IMG/VR virus record: IMGVR_UViG_3300050821_002957
Span: 62,001-126,000 of that record
Strand: one strand, 5' to 3'
DNA length: 64,000 nt
Shown here: one piece after another, positions 56,937-63,598 of the stretch
Numbering within the stretch: position 1 is the first letter of the stretch
How the letters are laid out: each line of letters starts with the position of its first letter
The notes under the pieces: model-generated
The model's database searches: none
What the model was told of the DNA's origin: nothing
Seen by the model: only the letters and a program-made list of their open reading frames with translations
Translations under genes and position numbers: made by a program

Positions 56937-57693
56937 ATTCGTCTGCCTCCGAATCGTCAAATAGCTTTTCGTGTACTTCACCCAACTTTCTCTCCAATGC
57001 CGCTTCAGACCGGAGCCAACGAGTTTTTACTCCATGACAATTTGAACAGCGAATCCTAAGATTCTCAAGTTCATTATTCATAGGATTACTATCAATATGA
57101 TCCAACTCAAGCGGAGCCGGATATCCTCTCCAGTCACTAATTCCACAATCCTCACATTTTCTTTGCTTGATACCTTCTTGTATCAAACGTTCTCGCAAAG
57201 CCGCTGAACTTATTGTGGAACCAATACACAAATATTCTGTAATTGCTTTTCGTTTATACGGCGGTTTCTCAATAAAATGAGAATGTTCTACCCCCAGTTC
57301 TATAACTCTACGACGCAATTTGTTAAAATTGTTATTTCCTGGCTGGATCTTAACCAACGTACACAATTCTAACCATGTCTGTGATGCAGCTACCAATGGA
57401 ACCAAATATTCCTTTGTATATTTTCTCTTCGCACCCAGTGACTTAATAAGCGCCGCATCTAGATGTTCAAAAGAAATCCCAAAAAATTTAGCACGCCCTC
57501 GAAGATAGGTATACCGAGAACCACACACCTGCACTCCCAAAACTAAGCAAACTTCACGCCACGTTTGATTGCCAGAAATTGCTCTACTCAATTCATCAAA
57601 AGAATATTTACGATTACGTGTGTGGTAACATGGTTGACACGTTTTCGCTTTTCCTGTTGATATGATCCTCCCACAATGCTGACATGTATTCAT
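56875..57693 (-). CDS. HNH homing endonuclease with tandem N-terminal DNA-binding repeats
   Basis: CEDCG..DW.G....LELDHID.N..NN.LENL...C.NCH; two KY(S/T)...L...QTW.E.C repeats. Confidence 0.88.
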   Translation of the reverse strand: MNTCQHCGRIISTGKAKTCQPCYHTRNRKYSFDELSRAISGNQTWREVCLVLGVQVCGSRYTYLRGRAKFFGISFEHLDAALIKSLGAKRKYTKEYLVPLVAASQTWLELCTLVKIQPGNNNFNKLRRRVIELGVEHSHFIEKPPYKRKAITEYLCIGSTISSAALRERLIQEGIKQRKCEDCGISDWRGYPAPLELDHIDSNPMNNELENLRIRCSNCHGVKTRWLRSEAALERKLGEVHEKLFDDSEADEYDDTDVCEEELWQVAEEHLY

Positions 57694-57729
57694 ATCAGCA
57701 TTTAGACACCTAATTTCAGATGTCAAATA

Positions 57730-57815
57730 TGGTCGCCGAGGACGGATTTGAACCGTCACGTCCTTGCGGACACTAGGCCCTCAACCTAGCGTGTCTGCCG
57801 TTTCACCACTCGGCG
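57730..57815 (-). tRNA. tRNA-Leu(GAG)
   Basis: CTAGG-TT-GAG-GG-CCTAG; A73; CCA. Confidence 0.93.
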
Positions 57816-57850
57816 AAAAATGTGCGGGAGCAATGGCTCAACCGCTAATG

Positions 57851-57926
57851 TCAGGAAGGTGAGATTTGAACTCACGAATTTCTCCAATCCGAATGGAGTG
57901 GGGCAACCAGACTCCCCTTCTTCCTG
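57851..57926 (-). tRNA. tRNA-Pro(CGG) with A37, A8 and no encoded CCA
   Basis: CTCCA-TT-CGG-AT-TGGAG; C1-G72; A73. Confidence 0.82.
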
Positions 57927-57930
57927 AAAA

Positions 57931-58021
57931 TGGACCTGAGCATGGGCGGTGCTGTCCTAAGACCCACCATGATTCTCCAGCACCGTGTTTGCTGGCGGCA
58001 TTCCTTTATGCCTACATCAGG
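57931..58021 (-). ncRNA. tRNA-like RNA with expanded T-loop and CCA end
   Basis: Acceptor CCTGA(T)G/CTCAGG-T-CCA; D-arm GGCAT/ATGCC; arm CCAGCA/TGCTGG; T-stem CATGG/CCATG enclosing 21 nt. Confidence 0.7.
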
Positions 58022-58106
58022 ATTTAACTCGGAATGTTGGTAGACCGTTCGGGTAGAAATCTATCCCAACGACGGTCCCTTACTGATTTCATAACCAACA
58101 TAAAAA

Positions 58107-58198
58107 TGGCAGAGGGTAGAATAATCGAAATCCCATCCGGCTCATCACCGGAGCGACGGTTTTCAAGACCGTTGGCACACCAAGCGCCCGTACCCTCT
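58107..58198 (-). tRNA. tRNA-Ser(TGA), can fold as an 8/4 acceptor/T-stem tRNA
   Basis: ACGGT-CT-TGA-AA-ACCGT; AGAGGGTA/TACCCTCT; GGAT/ATTC; G73; CCA. Confidence 0.85.
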
Positions 58199-58205
58199 AA
58201 ACTCG

Positions 58206-58367
58206 TTAAATGTCGTATGCACAACTGCGTTCACAATCAGGACAACAATTACACATCGTCACAGAGTTGGGATGAATTTCTTCGTCAAATGGGCAGGGAT
58301 GTAACTCGACTGTACCCTCATGACCACACCCACTCGGATGCGTACAATAATAATTGTTATCAGTCAT
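58206..58367 (-). CDS. Cys-rich small protein (start approximate)
   Basis: AAGGAAG Shine-Dalgarno; HPCPFDEEI....CNCC.DC...CA.DI motif. Confidence 0.6.
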   Translation of the reverse strand: MTDNNYYCTHPSGCGHEGTVELHPCPFDEEIHPNSVTMCNCCPDCERSCAYDI

Positions 58368-58386
58368 ACAACTTCCTTTCAAACTT

Positions 58387-58463
58387 TGGTTGCCAGGATG
58401 GGACTCTCCCTTACGGGCCGACGATCTCAACGTTGTGCGTCTGCCAAATTCCGCCACCCGGCA
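58387..58463 (-). pseudogene. tRNA-Leu(GAG)-like gene lacking the 5' half of the T-arm
   Basis: Intact acceptor, D, anticodon and V arms and CCA; the V-arm is followed directly by AGAGTCCCAT with no GGTTC. Confidence 0.7.
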
Positions 58464-58469
58464 ATAAAC

Positions 58470-58848
58470 TTGTGGGAGCTTTTCACTCCACTCGACTATT
58501 CTGACACATCAGTACAGCTACCCTGCTTACGGTCGTTACTCTGAGCCGCCGTAAGAACAAATTTAAATGAGTACGAACAAATAATCGAATAGTCGGATTA
58601 ATACCGCTGCGTCTACCATTCCGCCAACACTCGAAAATTCTGCTTTCGCATGTCGAGTGCCCTGGACTTGAACCAGGACGCCCCAGAGGGACGGCGGTGC
58701 CTGATAACCAACTACCTACGGCTCGTACTCAAACTCATTGGCTTCGGGTAATGACGACATAAATGCAGTCTTCGCCTCTCTTCGATCCCATCAGAGTTAT
58801 CCTGATGAAATGCCTCACGCCGCTTATTAGACGGCCTACATCAAACTG
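58470..58848 (-). ncRNA. structured RNA containing a circularly permuted tRNA-Leu (core 58601-58704)
   Basis: 3' half (anticodon 3' strand, V-arm, T-arm, acceptor, A73) precedes the 5' half (acceptor, D-arm, anticodon 5' strand); the flanks base-pair. Confidence 0.8.
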
Positions 58849-58850
58849 TG

Positions 58851-58931
58851 TAGCCAAGGAGGGACTCGAACCCTCAACCCTTGCGGGAACCGCTTCTGAG
58901 ACGGCTGCGTATGCCATTCCGCCACTCGGCT
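58851..58931 (-). tRNA. tRNA-Leu(CAG) with A37 and no encoded CCA
   Basis: GCCGT-CT-CAG-AA-GCGGT; V-arm; A73. Confidence 0.9.
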
Positions 58932-59097
58932 AAAATGAAGGTTGCCCAGTCCACAATACAGGTCATACCTACAATCCCTCTAGCTTCGATAAGCGGAGCA
59001 CACTTCGCTCGACGCTTGATGTCAGCCTACTTCGATTCGCACGAAGAACCCCTGAATCCAAATCAGGAAGGATACTCTTTCCCCATAGACTGAAACT

Positions 59098-59173
59098 TGG
59101 TCAGCGTGCTCAGATTTGAACTGAGAATTTACCGCCCCAAACGGCAAGTGATACCAGATTTCACCACACACTG
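59098..59173 (-). tRNA. tRNA-Pro(TGG)
   Basis: TGCCG-TT-TGG-GG-CGGTA; C1-G72; A73; CCA. Confidence 0.92.
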
Positions 59174-59267
59174 GAATTTGTTCATGGTGTACGCTGTCAC
59201 TACAGACACACACGAAACGATATTTTTACTGTTTTGATTTAGCTGTCTCGAAGCAACTCAGGGAGAG

Positions 59268-59363
59268 TTACGACAGCAAACTAGGTAGGCTCGACGGGGA
59301 CAACGGCAAACCTACCACAGTAAGTGGCGATGAGCTTGGCGTTGATAAGAGTACGTTTTTCAT
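59268..59363 (-). CDS. 31-aa Leu/Ser/Pro-rich leader peptide of the tRNA operon
   Basis: MKNVLLSTPSSSPLTVVGLPLSPSSLPSLLS*; GGGA Shine-Dalgarno; first element after the promoter. Confidence 0.7.
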   Translation of the reverse strand: MKNVLLSTPSSSPLTVVGLPLSPSSLPSLLS

Positions 59364-59400
59364 TTTCTTGTTTCCCAGTCGATCTTTAATGATCTGACAC

Positions 59401-59434
59401 TATTTATACTAGCAGTCTTTTGGAATCCTGTCAA
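59401..59434 (-). promoter_or_regulatory. overlapping sigma70 and T4-late promoters of the tRNA operon
   Basis: TTGACA(59434-59429)-17-TAGTAT(59411-59406), overlapping TATAAATA(59408-59401). Confidence 0.8.
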
Positions 59435-59667
59435 GAGGTCTTTTCAGAATTCTTTTTCATAGCATTGAGAATTCGCTGGCGCACCATTCTCATAGAGCCG
59501 TGCCCGAACCCACACGCCCAGTCGGTGTACTTCTGGCCGCATTGGGAGCAAAAGTTTCGCATCGCACGCTCCATCTCTTCGACGGTCAAATCACCTTGGT
59601 ATTCGGCGGCTTGTTCCAATTCGGCGCAGTTGGTCGTAAAATCAAAACTGGTCTTCTCTTCGGTCAT
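59431..59667 (-). CDS. hypothetical zinc-binding protein
   Basis: CSQC......ACG..H; GGAG Shine-Dalgarno. Confidence 0.6.
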   Translation of the reverse strand: MTEEKTSFDFTTNCAELEQAAEYQGDLTVEEMERAMRNFCSQCGQKYTDWACGFGHGSMRMVRQRILNAMKKNSEKTS

Positions 59668-59954
59668 TTTGTTGCGACTCCTGGAGGAAATTTACAATCT
59701 TTGAGCTTAACACCAAACAGGTCACGAATAGGCACGCCACCTTTTGCTGTACACGTCTTGATCTCTTCTTCAAAATGCTGCCGGTACAGGTCGGCCTCGA
59801 TGTCATGCTTGCTGGTAGAAGGATGATTACTGAGAAGATTCACCAAAGCAAAAACCAGAACAACGACACAACAAATTACCAGACCGGACCATCCAATGAT
59901 GCGAACGTTTCTTATGTCTTGTTCTGTGAAAGGCGATCCAGCCATCAGTCCCAC
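59664..59954 (-). CDS. single-TM membrane protein
   Basis: TM segment plus C..KGG.P motif. Confidence 0.6.
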   Translation of the reverse strand: MGLMAGSPFTEQDIRNVRIIGWSGLVICCVVVLVFALVNLLSNHPSTSKHDIEADLYRQHFEEEIKTCTAKGGVPIRDLFGVKLKDCKFPPGVATK

Positions 59955-60244
59955 ACCATAGAAACCAAAAAGACCGCCCAGGCAATCAACGCAAAAACTT
60001 GAATGCCACCACCGATCCAGACGCCAGCACCGAAGACCAAAAACTTTTCGATGAAGTTGGATGGATCAAGAATTTTATAGACGATCAACCAGATCCAAGT
60101 AGGAACTAATGCAAGTACCAATGTACCAAGAGTCCAAAGCCATTGTTCCAATCTCTTTTTGAGAGACGGTCCACGACGAGGGCTAATGGTAACATACTGA
60201 CGATTTAATTGTGGCATTATCTCTTCCTGAATAAAAATACGCAT
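59945..60244 (-). CDS. membrane protein
   Basis: Several hydrophobic segments. Confidence 0.6.
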   Translation of the reverse strand: MRIFIQEEIMPQLNRQYVTISPRRGPSLKKRLEQWLWTLGTLVLALVPTWIWLIVYKILDPSNFIEKFLVFGAGVWIGGGIQVFALIAWAVFLVSMVWD

Positions 60245-60347
60245 AGACCGTCATACAAAAATGGGAAGCACCGTCGAGAAGAACGGATGATCGAATTGCC
60301 AATCAACCTTTACATGTTCCCAATGACGAAGTGCTTCCCACATAAAA

Positions 60348-61013
60348 CTACTTTCGGCTGCTGCGAGACGAACTGGATGAGGCAGGCGATCTCGACGGTG
60401 ATGGTGTCGATGGGCTGCGTGTCATACCGCCACTTTGAGAGCCAAGCTGCGGCTTGCCAGTCGGCTGCGATGACGCAGGACCACGAGTCATTCCACCGGC
60501 TTGAGAACCGAACTGAGGCTTTGTGGTCGTGTTGTTCACCGTGGTGTTATTCACGACTGTCGCAGGACCACGAGTCATTCCACCGGCTTGCTGTCCGAAT
60601 TGGGGTTTGCCGTCTTTCACAGGCGCAGTGTACAGAGGCTTGGAAGGCGCATTCGCAACGACCACCGTGCGCTGTGCAGGCGGAACGATGCGATCATGCT
60701 GGTAATTGTTAACGATGGTTGTGCGATATGTGGTCGAAGTGTGGAACACGCCGCCGACATAGTAACCAGGAACGCCACCGTACATCACCGAGGGATAGAA
60801 GACGTGGCCGGGACCGTAGTAACCGTTGACGCCATTCAGAATCGCCGCCGTCAAAATTGCATCGGCGATCACGTTGTCGGGATTGTAACCGGGATCGTAG
60901 ACCGGAGCACCTTGTCCTTGTGCGACCGGCTGTTGAACGTAAGTCGTGCAGGCGGTGCTCAGAAACACAAGCGCCATGAGTGTTGCGATAGCGAATTTGT
61001 TTGTGGAGGTCAT
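60348..61013 (-). CDS. predicted lipoprotein with KPQFGxQAGGMTR repeats
   Basis: Lipobox-like LSTAC; three repeats; Ser-rich tail; AAGGA Shine-Dalgarno. Confidence 0.7.
   Translation of the reverse strand: MTSTNKFAIATLMALVFLSTACTTYVQQPVAQGQGAPVYDPGYNPDNVIADAILTAAILNGVNGYYGPGHVFYPSVMYGGVPGYYVGGVFHTSTTYRTTIVNNYQHDRIVPPAQRTVVVANAPSKPLYTAPVKDGKPQFGQQAGGMTRGPATVVNNTTVNNTTTKPQFGSQAGGMTRGPASSQPTGKPQLGSQSGGMTRSPSTPSPSRSPASSSSSRSSRK
60474..60590. repeat. 30-bp perfect direct repeat within the lipoprotein gene
   Basis: CGCAGGACCACGAGTCATTCCACCGGCTTG at 60474 and 60561. Confidence 0.85.
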
Positions 61014-61052
61014 GTGTTTTCCTTGATCGGAGATTTCGGAATGACGAAGCCG

Positions 61053-61550
61053 TTAGGCCGTCGCCACTTGCTGCTGCGGAGCCAGGGCATCCAAAGCGTC
61101 ATATGCTTGACTGGCCTTTTCGAGGATGTACTTGCGGGTTTCGCCTTGCGGATCGGTGCTCAACCGCAATTCCACGCCGATGCCTTCGTCGAAGTTGGTT
61201 GCGAGATCGGCCCATTCGATGGAGTCGGTCGGAATGGCTTGGCCGTCGATGGTAACGATGCTGGAGACCTCTTCGCCGGGAAGCAGGAGGGATACGGGAT
61301 TCACGGAAGCGCCATTCACGGTCACGACGATCTTGCTGGGAGCGTTCGGCTTGGGTGCTGGAACGAAGCCCTGAAGCTCCTCATAGACACGAGCAGCAGC
61401 TTGGCCGTCAAAATCGAAAGTGTCGGTCAGAGCGAGAATGGCGACACGGACGATGGATTCATTTGGATTCTTCGGATCGGGCGGTGTGGTGACGGACTTG
61501 ATCTGATTTGCAGGCAGAATCAAATTTTCGAGTCGGAAAAATTCTAGCAT
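61053..61550 (-). CDS. hypothetical protein
   Basis: 165 aa; AAGGA Shine-Dalgarno; TTGACA promoter near 61615. Confidence 0.7.
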   Translation of the reverse strand: MLEFFRLENLILPANQIKSVTTPPDPKNPNESIVRVAILALTDTFDFDGQAAARVYEELQGFVPAPKPNAPSKIVVTVNGASVNPVSLLLPGEEVSSIVTIDGQAIPTDSIEWADLATNFDEGIGVELRLSTDPQGETRKYILEKASQAYDALDALAPQQQVATA

Positions 61551-61812
61551 TGTGTTCCTTTTGTTTTTGAAGTTCGGTCACCAACATCTTTACATAATTT
61601 CAAAAACTTTGTCAAGTACTTTCGTGAAGGCCGACCAGAAATCAATGATCGGGTATTACGTTTTACGCCATACGACCCTTGCGGGGATACACAATACACG
61701 TTACACAATACGCAATACGGTCATATGTTCGAGTATGTAATTTGTCACGCTTGGTTTACGTCGTAGCATCACTTCGACGGATCGTTCGCCTTTAAGCCCG
61801 ACCTCCACGAAA

Positions 61813-61992
61813 CTACTCTAGCACACCTTTTTCGTTCTGTCTAGCGTCCCGTTCAGCGGCAATGGATTCCGATGTCGCTCCACAAGTCGGGCATGGTTTT
61901 CCGACGACGGTCTTACGAATTCCTTCTTTGTGCTTCGGGCACGTCCAGCGGCGGCGATGCACTCCATTTCTCCAGTGTCTATTTTGGCTCAT
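61813..61992 (-). CDS. 59-aa zinc-finger peptide (below the ORF-track cutoff)
   Basis: MSQNRHW...CPKH...CPTCG; ATGA overlap with the endonuclease stop. Confidence 0.5.
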   Translation of the reverse strand: MSQNRHWRNGVHRRRWTCPKHKEGIRKTVVGKPCPTCGATSESIAAERDARQNEKGVLE

Positions 61993-62459
61993 GATTGTTG
62001 TTTCTCCAAATACAATATTGCTTCTTTTAAAATCTTGGGATCATCTTGAACATTCCCCAACAATACATTACATGTTAGACACAAAATCCCTCTGACCTTG
62101 TTAGTTACGTGAGAATGATCCACATTAGGAATCGTTTTCCTAGTGACTCGATCCAATACCACCTTACAAATTGCACAGCAGCCACCTTGTTCTGCAAATA
62201 TCAAATCGAAAGTTTCTGGTGTAATTCCATACTTATGCATTCGTCTAGATTTTGGACCGTTTACCTTACGCCAATGTGCAAGGTAACTTTTATGTCTAGG
62301 CGTTTGTTTCGTTGCTCGTCGGCACGCCACACACTTTTTTGTGCTTACATATCGAGTTGTGGCACCACACTTCACACACGCATGTCCATCAAACGTTTCT
62401 AGTGGTTTTTTCGGTCTGTATTGTTTACACGGTTTGTATTCTTTCATTTTTTTCTTCAA
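61989..62459 (-). CDS. Endonuclease VII-family (His-Me finger) homing-type endonuclease
   Basis: KYGIT...F......QGGCCAIC...VDHSH.T.KVRGILC..CN..LG...D. Confidence 0.88.
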   Translation of the reverse strand: MKKKMKEYKPCKQYRPKKPLETFDGHACVKCGATTRYVSTKKCVACRRATKQTPRHKSYLAHWRKVNGPKSRRMHKYGITPETFDLIFAEQGGCCAICKVVLDRVTRKTIPNVDHSHVTNKVRGILCLTCNVLLGNVQDDPKILKEAILYLEKQQS

Positions 62460-63594
62460 GCAAACTGTCGAACCTAGGACCGCCCTCCACTAAATGAGCC
62501 ACGTATCCAGCGTCTTCGGGACCGATCTTTTTTGGTCGAATCGCAAACAGCACTGCCGGATGATAAACTGTCGTCGGCACCAACGGTATAGAAGATGGCA
62601 TCGAAATTCCAGTTTCAGCCTTCACATTCAAATTGTAAAAAGCATCGAACACAATGAAGACCGGCCATTGCGTATCGGTACGAACGACGGCACGCATTTT
62701 CACTTTTTTCAATGCATCTTCCAATTTCAAAGGGTCCAAAGTCCGATGCTGCCCCAAGTGCAACATGACGATCTTGATGTCTGAATCACCCTTTGTCGAA
62801 TGAGTCTGCAAGAATTTATACACCGACTGTGACAACTTCCCGGCTGGCGACGAATTGAACAATTTTTCCGCTGTCTGATACGCCCATCCAACGGCTTTCG
62901 CTACGGTTCCATGTGTCGGACTTTCGGTGATCAATTTCATGTACCGATCTTCATTGGTCTTGGTCGCCAGGGGAAGCATCAGGCCGACATCCTTCGACTT
63001 AGTTCGTTCGTTGTATCCTTCATTGAACAGGCGTAAAACCGAAGACCAAGAATTACCGCCAACTTGTCCCAGTGTCTTTCCTGATTTCTTGGCACCGGCT
63101 TTCAATGAAATTTTCTCGAAGATGTACTTGTCAGTTTTTACGGTAATATCGGCTTTGGTTCCAGTGTTGTTTGAAATTCCATCAACATCAATCTCAAGTT
63201 TGTTGTCGATGTTGTTCTGATACATCGCTTCGGCCAGAGCTTCAATACGAGGAGAGTTGACATAAGAAGCAGCAGCATCACCGACACGAGCCAGGAGTTT
63301 CAGGTCCAATGCTCTTAAGTCGGCCATCATGCGTTTACCAAGATTCAGCAGGAAGACGATTTTGTCTTTAGCTGTACCGCCCATGTCCATTTTAACTTGA
63401 GACTTGGTGCTGCCTTTTGGTGTGAGAGGAGCCTTCTGCATGACCTTCAGAGCTTTCATGACATCTGAAGACGTGACTTTGCCGATTTGACCGTTTGGCT
63501 TACGGAGAATGAGTTTGGCTACGATGGCGGCACCAAGCACACCTTCTGCTAGATTGCCTTCGTTGACTACTTTGTCTTTTTGTTTGAGTGCCAC
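62425..63594 (-). CDS. late protein with putative PD-(D/E)xK-like fold
   Basis: GN.AEG..GAA, TKADI and ISLK motifs; late promoter CTAAATA at 63606-63600; N-terminal VNE|G site. Confidence 0.6.
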   Translation of the reverse strand: MALKQKDKVVNEGNLAEGVLGAAIVAKLILRKPNGQIGKVTSSDVMKALKVMQKAPLTPKGSTKSQVKMDMGGTAKDKIVFLLNLGKRMMADLRALDLKLLARVGDAAASYVNSPRIEALAEAMYQNNIDNKLEIDVDGISNNTGTKADITVKTDKYIFEKISLKAGAKKSGKTLGQVGGNSWSSVLRLFNEGYNERTKSKDVGLMLPLATKTNEDRYMKLITESPTHGTVAKAVGWAYQTAEKLFNSSPAGKLSQSVYKFLQTHSTKGDSDIKIVMLHLGQHRTLDPLKLEDALKKVKMRAVVRTDTQWPVFIVFDAFYNLNVKAETGISMPSSIPLVPTTVYHPAVLFAIRPKKIGPEDAGYVAHLVEGGPRFDSLLEEKNERIQTV

Positions 63595-63598
63595 ACGC

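Noticed and set aside
56875-57759. ORF-track start of the HNH gene at 57759
   Set aside because: It lies inside tRNA-Leu(GAG); the ATG at 57693, after a CTAAAT motif, is more plausible.
58490-58730. Permuted group I or group II intron around the split tRNA
   Set aside because: GACTA/TAGTC resembles P7 and GAGCCGTA resembles domain V, but I could not build P4-P6, a U-G splice site with omega-G, or a GUGYG start. Not called; needs an Infernal search.
58802-58808. Hammerhead core CTGATGA on the + strand
   Set aside because: No matching stem II-GAAA, and it is on the strand opposite the tRNA operon.
58470-58848. Two-piece tmRNA interpretation of the permuted RNA
   Set aside because: It has a full Leu-type D-stem and V-arm, no G3-U70 Ala determinant, and no tag frame ending in an Ala-Ala-type degron.
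60501-61547. 348-aa + strand ORF
   Set aside because: Antisense shadow of two well-formed minus-strand genes that have Shine-Dalgarno sites and a promoter.
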